Shown: positions 10,513-20,795 of the stretch, in pieces | How positions within the stretch are numbered: position 1 is the first letter of the stretch | How the letters are laid out: the number at the start of each line of letters is the position of its first letter | Assembly: GCA_965237955.1 (NCBI GenBank) | Contig: OZ250169.1 | Span: 1,696,001-1,760,000, forward strand | Source of the DNA: Candidatus Marinacidobacterales bacterium | GTDB lineage: Bacteria > Acidobacteriota > Vicinamibacteria > Marinacidobacterales > SMYC01 | DNA: 64,000 nt | Direction: 5' to 3' | Program-made: the position numbers and the translations under genes | The notes under the pieces: generated by a model | What the model was told of the DNA's origin: nothing | Databases searched by the model: none | Seen by the model: only the letters and a program-made list of their open reading frames with translations

Positions 10513-11222
10513 AGCCGAATAAGCTCGAGAGCGAAAAGGAAAACACAGAAGAGCTACCGGGCCTCCCGCTCGAGGAGGTCCGCGCGAGCGTTGAAGCCCT
10601 CCTCTACGCATCGGGGGATCCAATCCCGATGCGCTCGCTCAAAAAGGTCTTTCCGGAGGCACGCGATCTCGTCAACGACGCGCTTTCGAGCTTGAAAGAG
10701 ATCTACGAGCAGCCCGGGAGAGGCTTGCAGCTCATCGAGGTGGCCGGCGGGTGGCAGATCACGACGCGGCCGGAATACCATGAGCGGGTCGGTCGTCTCT
10801 TCGACAGCCCGCGTCCATCGCGGCTTTCGATCCAGGCGCTCGAGACGCTGGCGGTGATCGCATACCGCCAACCGGCGACCGTTCCCGAGATCATGGAGCT
10901 CCGGGGCGTGCGCTCCGCCGGAATCGTGCGAACACTTCTCGAGAGAAAACTGGTCAAGATCGTGGGCCGCAAGAAAATCGTGGGCCACCCGCTGCTGTAT
11001 GGAACTACGAAAGAGTTCCTGGTCCGTTTCGGCCTAAAGAACGTGAAGGACCTTCCGCAGCTCAAAGACATGTCCGAAGTCTTCGGCGACGAAGTAGCGC
11101 AGCAATTAGAAACGCTAGACCAACTAGACGAAGCAAAAGAGGAAGTAGAAATAGAACCGTTACCGGAGACTGAAATCTTCACCGACGAGCAAGACGTCAC
11201 CGAGCGAGAGGCTGATGGCTGA
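10509..11222 (+). CDS. scpB: Segregation and condensation protein B
   Basis: LSIQALETLAVIAYRQP, RGV, GHPLLYGTTKEFL. Confidence 0.95.
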   Translation: MKPNKLESEKENTEELPGLPLEEVRASVEALLYASGDPIPMRSLKKVFPEARDLVNDALSSLKEIYEQPGRGLQLIEVAGGWQITTRPEYHERVGRLFDSPRPSRLSIQALETLAVIAYRQPATVPEIMELRGVRSAGIVRTLLERKLVKIVGRKKIVGHPLLYGTTKEFLVRFGLKNVKDLPQLKDMSEVFGDEVAQQLETLDQLDEAKEEVEIEPLPETEIFTDEQDVTEREADG

Positions 11223-11238
11223 TGGCCGATGGCCGATG
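11211..11238 (+). repeat. Heptamer tandem repeat GCYGATG x4 at the scpB/rluB junction
   Basis: gctgatg gctgatg gccgatg gccgatg. Confidence 0.85.
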
Positions 11239-12014
11239 ACGCAGCAATGAAGCAACGATTACAGAAGATCCTCAGTCATGCTGGCATCGCGTCACGCCGC
11301 GCCGCCGAACAGCTCATTCTGGAAGGTGCGGTCACCGTCGACGGCCACGTGGTCAAGGTGCTCGGAAGCTCCGCCGACCCCGATACTCAGGACATTCGCG
11401 TGGACGGCGCTCGTGTGCGAGCGCGCTCGGCGCGTCGCTATTTCGCGCTCAACAAACCCGCGGGCTACGTCACCACCCGCTCCGACCCGAGCCGCCGGAA
11501 AACCGTGATGGAGCTTTTGCCCATCTCGTTCCAGAGCGTGTTCCCAATAGGTCGTCTCGACATGGCGAGCTCCGGCCTTCTCGTGCTCACCGACGATGGC
11601 GAGCTCGCTCAGCGCCTTACCCACCCGAAATACCGTGTCGAGAAAACCTATCTCGCTACCGTCATGGGAATACCCGGGCCGAATGTCTTGACCAAAGCCT
11701 CTCGCGGTATCGTCGTCGATGGCGAGCGCCTCTCGATCGATCGCGCGCGCGTTGTGACGACGCGCCGGAGCCGCGACGCCGCCAAACCGCGGACCCGCAT
11801 TCGGGTCACTCTACGTCAAGGGCGAAACCGCGAGATCCGGCGTTTGTTCCGAGCGCTCGGCCATCCCGTCGTTGAATTGCATCGCGAGCAAATCGGGACG
11901 CTATCGGTCGTGGGCATTGCTCCCGGCGCCTTCCGCCGTCTGACGCCACAGGAGATCGCCGAGCTTCAAGGTGAGACCGCTCCCAAGCGATCCCGCCGGA
12001 CAAGAGTGAAATAG
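11229..12014 (+). CDS. rluB: rRNA pseudouridine synthase (RluB/RsuA family)
   Basis: S4 domain RLQKILSHAGIASRR, NKPAGYVTT, GRLD, GRNREIRR. Confidence 0.9.
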   Translation: MADDAAMKQRLQKILSHAGIASRRAAEQLILEGAVTVDGHVVKVLGSSADPDTQDIRVDGARVRARSARRYFALNKPAGYVTTRSDPSRRKTVMELLPISFQSVFPIGRLDMASSGLLVLTDDGELAQRLTHPKYRVEKTYLATVMGIPGPNVLTKASRGIVVDGERLSIDRARVVTTRRSRDAAKPRTRIRVTLRQGRNREIRRLFRALGHPVVELHREQIGTLSVVGIAPGAFRRLTPQEIAELQGETAPKRSRRTRVK

Positions 12015-12021
12015 GGGTGAA

Positions 12022-12690
12022 ATGACCAGGCGCCCGATCATCGCCATCGACGGCCCCGCCGGCGCCGGCAAAACGACGGCCGCGCGCAACTTGGCTGACC
12101 ACCTGGATCTCGTCTACCTCGATACCGGGGCGACGTTTCGCGCGATCGCGCTGAAAGCACTGAGGGAGGGTGTCGACCTGTCCGACGAAGCGGCGATCAC
12201 AGCCTTGGCCGAAAGCTCCGATATCCGATTTGCCAGCGATCGCCTCGAGCGCATTCTGCTCGATGGGGAAGATGTGAGCGAAGCCATTCGCGCGCAGGCT
12301 GTCGCCAACGCGTCGTCCGCCGTGGCGGTCCATCCGAGCCTGCGGGCTCTTCTCGTCGAGCTGTGGCGGAAGATCGGCGACAACGGCGGCGTCGTGCTCG
12401 AAGGACGAGACATCGGCACCGTGGTGTTCCCCGACGCCGAGATCAAGTTCTTCCTCGATGCCCGCCCCGAAGCGCGCGCGAAGCGACGCTTCTCCGAGCA
12501 GTCCGAAAAAGAAGAAGTGACCATCGAGCGCGTCACCAAAGACCTCGAGGTAAGAGACAAAGCTGACCGCACCCGCCAACACGCGCCCCTCCGACGAGCC
12601 GAAGACGCCATCGAAGTCGACACCACCCACCTAACCCCCGAACAAACCCTAAACCGCTTACTAAAAGAAGCCCAAAAACGCCTCCTTTAG
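12022..12690 (+). CDS. cmk: Cytidylate kinase
   Basis: IAIDGPAGAGKTT, LDTGA, EGRDIGTVVFPDA. Confidence 0.96.
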   Translation: MTRRPIIAIDGPAGAGKTTAARNLADHLDLVYLDTGATFRAIALKALREGVDLSDEAAITALAESSDIRFASDRLERILLDGEDVSEAIRAQAVANASSAVAVHPSLRALLVELWRKIGDNGGVVLEGRDIGTVVFPDAEIKFFLDARPEARAKRRFSEQSEKEEVTIERVTKDLEVRDKADRTRQHAPLRRAEDAIEVDTTHLTPEQTLNRLLKEAQKRLL

Positions 12691-12754
12691 CACCACTCAT
12701 TCACCCGAAGGCAAGCGGGCTCAAACGTTCATCTTTGGCGAGATGCCTCCTACC

Positions 12755-12781
12755 GCCGAATGCCGAATGCCGAATGCCGAT
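12755..12781 (+). repeat. Heptamer tandem repeat GCCGAAT x~4 upstream of the rpsA promoter
   Basis: gccgaat gccgaat gccgaat gccgat. Confidence 0.85.
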
Positions 12782-12785
12782 CGGC

Positions 12786-12815
12786 TTGACATAACCCAAT
12801 TAAATAGAGTAGGAT
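12786..12815 (+). promoter_or_regulatory. Sigma70-type promoter for rpsA
   Basis: TTGACA-N18-TAGGAT with AT-rich spacer. Confidence 0.6.
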
Positions 12816-12930
12816 AACGGCTTGCAGGTCAGCCCGCCCTTGTAGAAGCGAGCCCATCCAAAATCCTTTCTTGGCGGAACGAGTGCGCGCCTGTAAATCG
12901 TTCGAGTTCTAGGAGGAACCAAACCAGGTC

Positions 12931-14769
12931 ATGGTGGAAACCAACAACGCTGAAAGCCTCATCGAAGGAGGGGACATAGCGCAAGAAGACTTCATTCCGG
13001 CTGCGGAATACGAAAAGCTGCTGGAGGCGTACAACACCAATATCACCGAAGGCGAAGTCGTCAAAGGTAAAGTGCTGCAAGTTTCGGATAGCGAAGTCGT
13101 GGTCGACGTCGGATACAAATCCGAAGGCATGATCAACGTCAACGAGTTTCGTAACGAGAAAGGCGAAGTCACCGTCAAGGCAGGCGATACCGTCGACGTG
13201 CTGCTCGAGAAAGCAGAAGACAAAAACGGCTACCTCGTTTTGTCCCGCGAAAAAGCCGAGAAGATGAAGGTCTGGGACGTCATCGAAGAAGCCTACCAGA
13301 ACAAAACGATCGTGAAAGGTCGCGTCATCGAGCGCATCAAAGGAGGCCTCGCGGTGGACATCGGTGTCCGCGCGTTCCTTCCCGGCTCTCAAGTCGATGT
13401 GCGTCCGGTTCGAAACCTCGACAGCATGAGGGGCCAAGACCTCGAGATGCGGGTCATCAAGGTCAACAAGAAGCGCGGCAATATCGTGTTGTCCCGCAAG
13501 GTCGTGCTCGAAGAGCACCTAACCGAGCGCAAATCCGAAACCCTGGAGGCTCTCGAAGAGGGTCGGGTGTTCCGCGGCGTGGTGAAAAACCTCACCGACT
13601 ACGGTGCTTTCATCGACCTCGGCGGCATCGACGGTCTTCTCCACATCACCGATATGTCGTTCGGCCGGATCCAGCACCCGTCGGAGCTCTTCAATGTGGG
13701 CGACCAGACGGAAGTCGTCGTTCTGAAGTTCGACCGGGAGACCGAGCGAGTCTCCCTCGGCTACAAGCAGCTGGCGCCCGATCCGTGGGAATCGGCTCAA
13801 GAGAGCTTTCCCATCGGCACCAGGGTCAAGGGCAAAGTCGTGAGCCTCACGGATTATGGCGCTTTCGTCGAGCTCAAGCCCGGAGTCGAAGGGCTCATCC
13901 ATGTCTCGGAAATGTCATGGAGCAAGCGGGTCAAGCACCCATCGAAGGTCTTGAACGTTGGAGATGAAATCGAGGCCATGGTGCTCCAGGTGGACGCCGG
14001 CGAGCGCCGCATCAGCCTCGGCCTGAAGCAGGTCGAGCCCAACCCCTGGCAACAGCTCGCGGACAAGTACGAGACCGGTGCCCGCATCGAAGGCACGGTT
14101 CGAAATCTCACTGATTTTGGCGCGTTCGTCGAAGTCGAAGAAGGTATCGACGGACTCATCCACATTTCCGATATGAGATGGAGCAAACGGGTCGCGCATC
14201 CTTCGGAGGTCTTGAAGAAGGGCGACACCGTCGACGCCGTGGTGCTCAGCATCGACGCCGAGAACCAGCGCCTGTCGCTCGGGCTCAAACAGCTCGGCGA
14301 AGACGTGTGGGAAGAGTTCTTCAATCGCCAGCAAGAGGGTGACGTCGTCGACGGCAAAGTCGTGCGGCTTACGAATTTCGGAGCGTTCGTCGAGATCGAA
14401 GAAGGCATCGAAGGGCTTCTCCACGTCTCCGAGGTGGACGACGAGCGCATCGAAAAGCCAGAAGACAAGGTCGCGGTCGGCAAGTCCTACCGTATGAAGA
14501 TCATCAAGATTTCGCCGCTCGAGCGGAAGATCGGACTCTCCATCCGCGCCGTCAACATCGAGGACTACGAGGCTCACTACTCGAGCCAAGGCTCGGCCAA
14601 CGCCACCCTCGGTGACGTGGCGGATTTCGACGCCGACTGGGGTTCTAGCTCGAGAGCGAACCCCGAGGCCGAAACGACAGAGGCAGAGGCAGAGACGGTG
14701 ATGGAATCGGAGACGGAACCGGAGAAGGAATCGCCAGAGAAGCCAGAGAAGCCGGTTAAGGAAGAATAG
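12931..14769 (+). CDS. rpsA: 30S ribosomal protein S1
   Basis: Six S1 repeats (DYGAFIDLGGIDGLLHITD etc.), DVGYKSEG, AFLPGSQVD; AGGAGG upstream. Confidence 0.98.
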   Translation: MVETNNAESLIEGGDIAQEDFIPAAEYEKLLEAYNTNITEGEVVKGKVLQVSDSEVVVDVGYKSEGMINVNEFRNEKGEVTVKAGDTVDVLLEKAEDKNGYLVLSREKAEKMKVWDVIEEAYQNKTIVKGRVIERIKGGLAVDIGVRAFLPGSQVDVRPVRNLDSMRGQDLEMRVIKVNKKRGNIVLSRKVVLEEHLTERKSETLEALEEGRVFRGVVKNLTDYGAFIDLGGIDGLLHITDMSFGRIQHPSELFNVGDQTEVVVLKFDRETERVSLGYKQLAPDPWESAQESFPIGTRVKGKVVSLTDYGAFVELKPGVEGLIHVSEMSWSKRVKHPSKVLNVGDEIEAMVLQVDAGERRISLGLKQVEPNPWQQLADKYETGARIEGTVRNLTDFGAFVEVEEGIDGLIHISDMRWSKRVAHPSEVLKKGDTVDAVVLSIDAENQRLSLGLKQLGEDVWEEFFNRQQEGDVVDGKVVRLTNFGAFVEIEEGIEGLLHVSEVDDERIEKPEDKVAVGKSYRMKIIKISPLERKIGLSIRAVNIEDYEAHYSSQGSANATLGDVADFDADWGSSSRANPEAETTEAEAETVMESETEPEKESPEKPEKPVKEE

Positions 14770-14773
14770 CCCG

Positions 14774-14802
14774 GCGGCTCGTCCGAGAGCCGCTCGATTT
14801 TT
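14774..14802 (+). terminator. Possible intrinsic terminator/hairpin after rpsA
   Basis: GCGGCTC-gtccga-GAGCCGC followed by tcgattttt. Confidence 0.45.
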
Positions 14803-14820
14803 GAGAAGGGAGTCTTTCAG

Positions 14821-15129
14821 ATGACGAAAGCGGAACTGATCGAAGAGGTGTCGCGAGTTTCGGATCTAACCAAGAAACACTCTGAGATCATCGTCGACAC
14901 CGTTTTCAAGAGCATCATCAATGCTCTTCACCGTGGTGACAAGATCGAGCTTCGGGGGTTCGGCAGCTTTCGTACCCGGCAGCGGGAGTCCCGCACGGGG
15001 CGCAACCCGAAAACAGGTGAGCGTGTCGACGTGCCCGCCAAGAAAGTTCCCTACTTCAAGCCGGGCAAAGAGCTGAAGGAGCTGATCAACCAGCCTCAAG
15101 AACGCCTCGAGGGAGCGCAGCAGGAATAA
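14821..15129 (+). CDS. ihfB: Integration host factor beta / HU family DNA-binding protein
   Basis: MTKAELI, IELRGFGSF, GRNPKTGE, PYFKPGKELKE; follows rpsA. Confidence 0.88.
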   Translation: MTKAELIEEVSRVSDLTKKHSEIIVDTVFKSIINALHRGDKIELRGFGSFRTRQRESRTGRNPKTGERVDVPAKKVPYFKPGKELKELINQPQERLEGAQQE

Positions 15130-15227
15130 ACGCCGCTCGCTGCTCTTGGGTGGAGGTCTCGCTTCGTGGTAATGGCCCTGTCGGGCCAGGGCGTCGCTCG
15201 TTCCGTTTGGAGTAGTCTGAGACCGAA

Positions 15228-15248
15228 CACTGAGCACTGAGCACTGAG
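15228..15248 (+). repeat. Heptamer tandem repeat CACTGAG x3 abutting the icmF start
   Basis: cactgag cactgag cactgag. Confidence 0.8.
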
Positions 15249-15250
15249 TG

Positions 15251-18200
15251 ATGACGAACTCGGATGCCGTCTACGAACCCCGCCATTCGGTCCGATTCGT
15301 CACCGCAGCGTCTCTGTTCGACGGCCACGACGCTTCCATCAATATCATTCGCCGGCTTCTCCAAGCCCGAGGCGTTGAAGTCATCCATCTCGGACACAAC
15401 CGCTCGGTCCTCGAGATTGTCGACGCTGCTATCCAGGAAGACGCGCAAGCGGTCGCGGTCAGCTCCTATCAAGGCGGACACAACGAGTTCTTTCGCTACT
15501 TGGTGGATTCGCTGCGAGAGCGCGGCGCGTCTCACATCAAGATTTTTGGTGGCGGCGGTGGTGTCATCGTGCCGCGCGAGATCGCCGACCTAGAGAGCTA
15601 CGGCGTCAGCAAGATTTTCTCTCCCGAGGATGGTCGCAAGCTCGGGCTGGCCGGAATCATCGACGAGATGGTACGCGGTGCGGATTTTCCGCTCCAGCCG
15701 GTCGCGACCAACGGCGACCTGTCATGGCTCGCCGACGGCAACATGAATCGACTGTCGCGCCTCATCACCCAGGCGGAGACGAATGGAAACGGAACCGGCC
15801 TCAGTGCAGAACTAGAAGAGGCGCTGGCAACGGCCGTGTCGAAAAAGACCGTTCCCGTCGTGGGGATTACCGGCACCGGAGGCGCCGGTAAGAGCTCGTT
15901 GACCGATGAGCTCGTGCGCCGGCTCATCGCCGATGCCCCGAAGCTCGAGATTGCCGTCTTGTCCATCGATCCGTCGAAGCGGAAAACCGGCGGGGCGCTC
16001 CTCGGCGATCGCATCCGCATGAACGCCATCGATCGCGAAGGTGTCTTCATGCGGAGCCTGGCGACGCGCGGCTCCGGCTCCGAGATCTCGCACGCGACCG
16101 ACGAGGCCATCCGTATCTTCAAAGCGTCGGGATTCGATCTGATCCTCGTCGAGACGAGCGGAATCGGTCAGGGCTCCTCCGCAATCGCGGACATCTCCGA
16201 TATCAGCCTCTACGTCATGACGCCCGAGTACGGCGCCGCCTCGCAGCTCGAGAAGATCGACATGCTCGATTTCGCCGACGTCGTGGCCATCAACAAATTC
16301 GATCGACGCGGCGGCGACGATGCGCTTCGCGATGTCCGCAAGCAATTTCGTCGCAACAAGCAGATCGCGCACGACGTCCCTGACGATGCGCTGCCGATTT
16401 TCGGCACGATCGCGAGCCAATTCGGTGATCGTGGTGTCACCGCGCTTTATCTTCATTTACTGTCTCTCGTGCGTGAGCTTCAACCGCGATTGCCCAGCTC
16501 GAAGCTCGTGGTCGAAGAGGGTGTCGTCACCGGCGAGCGACACGCGCTCATCCCCGACAACCGCGTCCCCTATCTCGGCGAGATCGCCGAGCTCTCGCAC
16601 CGGGAGCGCGATCGCGTCGAAGCGCAGGTTTCCATCGCCAGGCGTCTCTATCAGCTCGACGGCGCGGCCAAAGAATGCAGAGATCCGAAAATCGCAAAAG
16701 CGCTCCACGAACGATTCGACGCGCTGCGAGAAGAGCTCGACGACGAGAGTTTTGCCCTCATCGAGACGTGGCCCGAGCTCAAAGAGCGCTACGCGCAGGA
16801 CGAAGTCAAATTCGGGGTGCGCGATCGCGAAATCGCTATCCAAGCATACACAGATACGCTGAGCGGCTCGCGGATCCCAAAAGTCGCTCTGCCGCGCTAT
16901 CAGGACTGGGGTGAGATTCTTCGTTTTCGGTTGAGCGAGGGCTTGCCCGGGCAATACCCTTTCACCGCCGGCGTGTATCCGTTCAAGCGGAGCGAAGAGA
17001 CGCCGCGGCGGCAGTTTGCCGGCGAAGGCGGACCGCGTCGCACCAACGAGCGGTTCCACTACCTCTCGCGTAACGACAACGCGAAGCGGTTGTCGACGGC
17101 ATTCGATAGCGTGACCCTCTACGGGGAGGATCCGGACGAGCGGCCGGACATCTACGGGAAGATCGGCGAAGGCGGCGTCTCCATCGCGACGCTCGATGAC
17201 ATGAAAGAGCTCTACGCGGGATTCGATCTCGTCGGCGAGATGACGAGTGTTTCGATGACCATCAACGGTCCAGCGCCGACGATCTTGGCGATGTTCTTCA
17301 ACACCGCGATCGACCAACAATTCGATCGTTTCACCACCGAGAACGATCGTCCTCCGACGGAAAAGGAACGGGCGCGCATCGCCGGAAAAACCCTCGCGAG
17401 AGCTCGGGGTACGGTTCAGGCGGACATTCTCAAAGAAGACCAGGCGCAGAACACGTGCATTTTTTCGACCGAGTTCTCGCTACGGTTGATGGGAGATGTA
17501 CAGCAATACTTCATCGACCACGGAGTTCGAAATTTCTACTCGGTCTCTATCTCCGGGTACCACATCGCGGAAGCCGGGGCGAATCCCATTACTCAGCTCG
17601 CGTTCACACTAGCGAACGGCTTTACCTATGTGGAGTACTACTTGGCCCGCGGCATGGACATCGACGGGTTCGCGCCGAATTTGTCGTTTTTCTTCAGCAA
17701 CGGTCTCGATCCGGAGTACTTTGTCCTCGGTCGAGTGGCGCGAAGAATTTGGGCTCGCGTACTGAAACACCGCTACGGCGCCAACGAGCGCTCGCAGAAG
17801 TTCAAGTACCACATCCAGACGTCGGGCCGCTCGCTCCACGCGCGTGAGATTCAGTTCAACGACATTCGGACGACGCTGCAAGCACTGACCGCGGTGTACG
17901 ACAACTGCAACTCACTTCACACGAACGCGTACGACGAAGCGATCACGACACCGACGGAAGAGTCGGTGCGACGCGCGATGGCGATCCAGCAGATCATCAA
18001 CCGCGAGTTTGGGGTGACGAAGAACGAGAACCTACTCCAGGGCTCGTACGCTCTCGAGGAGCTCACCGATCTCGTGGAAGAAGCGGTGCTGGCGGAGTTC
18101 GAGCGGATCAACGCCCGCGGTGGTGTGCTCGGTGCGATTGAGCTGCAGTATCAGAGGAGCCGGATTCAAGAAGAGTCGCTGCACTACGAGCTCATGAAAG

Positions 18201-18517
18201 ACAGCGGGGCGCTTCCGATCGTCGGCGTCAACTGCTTCTTGGCTCCGGAGGCGGCCCTAGATAAGCCCAAGCCCGCGCCCGCGCCCCAGTTAGCGCGCGC
18301 GAGCGCCGAAGAAAAACTCGATCAGATCAAACGGCTTCGCAAATTCAAAGCTGACCATGCCGCCGAGACAGAGAAAGCTCTCTCTCGTTTGCAGGCCGTC
18401 GCGATGGAGCAAGGCAACGTGTTCGCCGAGCTCATGCATGCGGTTCGCGTCGCGAGCCTCGGTCAGATAACCCATGCGCTTTATGAAGTCGGTGGCGAGT
18501 ATCGGAGGGCGATGTAG
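15251..18517 (+). CDS. icmF: Fused isobutyryl-CoA mutase / MeaI GTPase
   Basis: B12-binding domain ([12 protein letters not shown]), GTPase ([20 protein letters not shown]), mutase domain ([25 protein letters not shown]). Confidence 0.95.
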   Translation: MTNSDAVYEPRHSVRFVTAASLFDGHDASINIIRRLLQARGVEVIHLGHNRSVLEIVDAAIQEDAQAVAVSSYQGGHNEFFRYLVDSLRERGASHIKIFGGGGGVIVPREIADLESYGVSKIFSPEDGRKLGLAGIIDEMVRGADFPLQPVATNGDLSWLADGNMNRLSRLITQAETNGNGTGLSAELEEALATAVSKKTVPVVGITGTGGAGKSSLTDELVRRLIADAPKLEIAVLSIDPSKRKTGGALLGDRIRMNAIDREGVFMRSLATRGSGSEISHATDEAIRIFKASGFDLILVETSGIGQGSSAIADISDISLYVMTPEYGAASQLEKIDMLDFADVVAINKFDRRGGDDALRDVRKQFRRNKQIAHDVPDDALPIFGTIASQFGDRGVTALYLHLLSLVRELQPRLPSSKLVVEEGVVTGERHALIPDNRVPYLGEIAELSHRERDRVEAQVSIARRLYQLDGAAKECRDPKIAKALHERFDALREELDDESFALIETWPELKERYAQDEVKFGVRDREIAIQAYTDTLSGSRIPKVALPRYQDWGEILRFRLSEGLPGQYPFTAGVYPFKRSEETPRRQFAGEGGPRRTNERFHYLSRNDNAKRLSTAFDSVTLYGEDPDERPDIYGKIGEGGVSIATLDDMKELYAGFDLVGEMTSVSMTINGPAPTILAMFFNTAIDQQFDRFTTENDRPPTEKERARIAGKTLARARGTVQADILKEDQAQNTCIFSTEFSLRLMGDVQQYFIDHGVRNFYSVSISGYHIAEAGANPITQLAFTLANGFTYVEYYLARGMDIDGFAPNLSFFFSNGLDPEYFVLGRVARRIWARVLKHRYGANERSQKFKYHIQTSGRSLHAREIQFNDIRTTLQALTAVYDNCNSLHTNAYDEAITTPTEESVRRAMAIQQIINREFGVTKNENLLQGSYALEELTDLVEEAVLAEFERINARGGVLGAIELQYQRSRIQEESLHYELMKDSGALPIVGVNCFLAPEAALDKPKPAPAPQLARASAEEKLDQIKRLRKFKADHAAETEKALSRLQAVAMEQGNVFAELMHAVRVASLGQITHALYEVGGEYRRAM

Positions 18518-18520
18518 ATC

Positions 18521-18958
18521 ATGTCGGCCGTCGGCCATCGGCCATCAGCCATCAGCAAGACAACGCGTCCCCTACGTGTGCTTATTGCTAAACCCGGGTT
18601 GGATGGGCATGACCGGGGGGCGCTTGTCGTCGCACGCGCTCTGCGTGATGCGGGCATGGAGGTGATTTATACTGGCCTCAGGCGTACTCCGGAGCAAATT
18701 GTTGAGGCAGCACTTCAAGAAGATGTCGACGCAGTCGGTGTCTCCGTTCTTTCGGGCGCCCATCAGCACTTGCTAGCCCGCATCCTCGAGCTGTTACGCG
18801 AGCAAGGAATGGACGACGTGACGGTGTTCGTGGGCGGGATCATACCCGATCAGGACATTCCGGAGCTGCTCGAGATGGGGGTCGCTTCCGTCTTCCAGCC
18901 AGGCGCATCCACCACCGAGATCGTCTCGCTGCTGCGCGAGCGCCTAAAGCCTTCGTAA
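18521..18958 (+). CDS. Cobalamin-binding small subunit of an acyl-CoA mutase
   Basis: [25 protein letters not shown]. Confidence 0.92.
   Translation: MSAVGHRPSAISKTTRPLRVLIAKPGLDGHDRGALVVARALRDAGMEVIYTGLRRTPEQIVEAALQEDVDAVGVSVLSGAHQHLLARILELLREQGMDDVTVFVGGIIPDQDIPELLEMGVASVFQPGASTTEIVSLLRERLKPS
18523..18556 (+). repeat. Heptamer tandem repeat RTCRGCC x5 (reverse complement of the GGCYGAT family)
   Basis: gtcggcc gtcggcc atcggcc atcagcc atcagc. Confidence 0.85.
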
Positions 18959-18983
18959 GGAAGGAATTATGATACTGCATTGG

Positions 18984-19013
18984 TTGACACGTCCCGCGGA
19001 CGCGTGCTACTAT
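18984..19013 (+). promoter_or_regulatory. Sigma70-type promoter for the response regulator gene
   Basis: TTGACA-N18-TACTAT with TG extended -10. Confidence 0.55.
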
Positions 19014-19101
19014 TCCTAACTCTCAGAGTCACGCTCTCGAATCGCGATTCAACACACCGAAAGAAGGACCGTTCGAACTCGCATAGCCGGAAGGAGGCGC
19101 G

Positions 19102-20793
19102 ATGGGACACAAGATCCTGCTCGCCGACGACAGCATCACGATTCAGAAGGTTATCGAGCTCACGTTCTCCGATGAGGATTTCGAGCTCCACACAGTCGGA
19201 AACGGGCAGAAGGCCATCGACGAGATTCGCGCCATCCAACCGGACATCGTGCTCTGCGACATCATTATGCCCGAGAAGAACGGGTATGAAGTTTGCGAGT
19301 TCATCAAGTCGAACGATGAGCTCAGACATATCCCTGTCCTGTTGCTGACTGGCGCCTTCGAGCCGTTCGACCAAGAGCGCGCCAAGGCAGCCGGGTGCGA
19401 AGGTTTTCTCGCCAAGCCCTTCGAGCCCCAGACGTTGATTTCCGAGGTCAAAGAGCTTCTGGCAAGTGCTCAAGGCGCACCCGCTGGCGCTGCAGCGCCC
19501 CCCGCCGCCATGCCGCCGGAGCCCCCCCCAGTAGCCGCGCCACTGATGCCCGACACCGTGCAAAACGCCGGACCCATGGCGGGAGAAGGGGACGAAACCG
19601 TGTTGGTTCCGCCTCCGACGATGGGTGCACCGCCGCCCGCTGTCGGCGGGCCTCAAGTACCCGCGACGCCGACCGTGCCCCCAGCCGACGACCCGTCGCC
19701 AGGCCTCGGCGAGGCGTTCGCGGTAGAAGCGGGCGAGCGCGAGCTCGCCATGGATCCTGGCGATCACACCGTGCTTCTCGGCGCGAACGACTCCCCCGCA
19801 CCACCGGCAACGCCGCCCGGTGCTTCCGACGATATCTGGAGCGACGCCGGGTCGTCTGTGTCGCCTTTGCAGCCCGTCCAGCCGGCTCCAGAGTCGGATC
19901 AAGACGATGGAGCGACCATCTTCATGGCGGAACCGCCCCCGATCAACATGCCCGCGCCTCCCGGTGAAGCGAGCTTGGGTGGTCCCGTCGACAACGAAAT
20001 GAGCGTCGGAGACGAAGACCCGGAAGCGACCTGGCAGATGCCGCCGTCGACGCCCGGGATTCCGGATGCTCCGCTTCCGGCGGCAGGGGATCTCGGTGGT
20101 TTCGAAGACTTCGCCGCGGCGCCGCCCGCGGCGGGTGAACCGCCGCCGATGGCCGAGCCTCCCGCGATGGACATGGTGCCGCCCCCGCCTGCGATGGCAG
20201 CAACGCCGGACCCGGGCGTCGATTTGTTTACGCCCGATCCTCCGGAGTTGGGGTCCACCAACGAAGTTTCACCGGTCGAGATGACGCCCGAGTCCATTCC
20301 GTCGGTCGACACCCAATCCACGATGGATCCCGTCCGTGCAGGCGGTGACGCCTTCACACCGCTGCCGTCCACGCCCGAGCCCGCGAACCCGGAGCCTCCG
20401 CAAATATCGGAGATGCCAGCTATGCCGACGGAACCGGAAACGCCATTTACACCTGTGGAGCCCGCGAACGAGCGAGAATCCTTGGACGCACCCGCGCCTC
20501 CGGTGTTGCCATCGCCCGAGCCGACTCCGGTTGCGGAGGCGCCGCCCGTGGTACCCGTAATGCCGGTCACGGATGCATCGATGGAGTCACCTCTGTCGAC
20601 ATCCGACCCTCAGGTGCCCGCTGCTACTAGCGACGACGACGACCTCGTCGAACGCGTCGCCGAGCGCGTGGTTGACAAGCTTTCCTCCAAGATTATCCAG
20701 GAGATTGCCTGGGAGGTCGTTCCGGATCTGGCCGAAGGCCTAATCCAACGAGAGATCGACGTCCTGAAGTCGAAGATTCCCAAGTCGGGGTAG
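19102..20793 (+). CDS. Response regulator: receiver domain, long Pro/acidic linker, RomR-like C-terminal helix
   Basis: ILLADDS...CDIIMP...AKPF receiver; ~400-aa Pro-rich disordered region; IIQEIAWEVVPDLAEGLIQREID. Confidence 0.85.
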   Translation: MGHKILLADDSITIQKVIELTFSDEDFELHTVGNGQKAIDEIRAIQPDIVLCDIIMPEKNGYEVCEFIKSNDELRHIPVLLLTGAFEPFDQERAKAAGCEGFLAKPFEPQTLISEVKELLASAQGAPAGAAAPPAAMPPEPPPVAAPLMPDTVQNAGPMAGEGDETVLVPPPTMGAPPPAVGGPQVPATPTVPPADDPSPGLGEAFAVEAGERELAMDPGDHTVLLGANDSPAPPATPPGASDDIWSDAGSSVSPLQPVQPAPESDQDDGATIFMAEPPPINMPAPPGEASLGGPVDNEMSVGDEDPEATWQMPPSTPGIPDAPLPAAGDLGGFEDFAAAPPAAGEPPPMAEPPAMDMVPPPPAMAATPDPGVDLFTPDPPELGSTNEVSPVEMTPESIPSVDTQSTMDPVRAGGDAFTPLPSTPEPANPEPPQISEMPAMPTEPETPFTPVEPANERESLDAPAPPVLPSPEPTPVAEAPPVVPVMPVTDASMESPLSTSDPQVPAATSDDDDLVERVAERVVDKLSSKIIQEIAWEVVPDLAEGLIQREIDVLKSKIPKSG

Positions 20794-20795
20794 CA

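Noticed and set aside
15130-15250. Cobalamin riboswitch upstream of icmF
   Set aside because: A small hairpin (GCCCTG/CAGGGC) is present, but no recognisable B12-box or conserved GGGAA/GCCACTG elements, and the region is short
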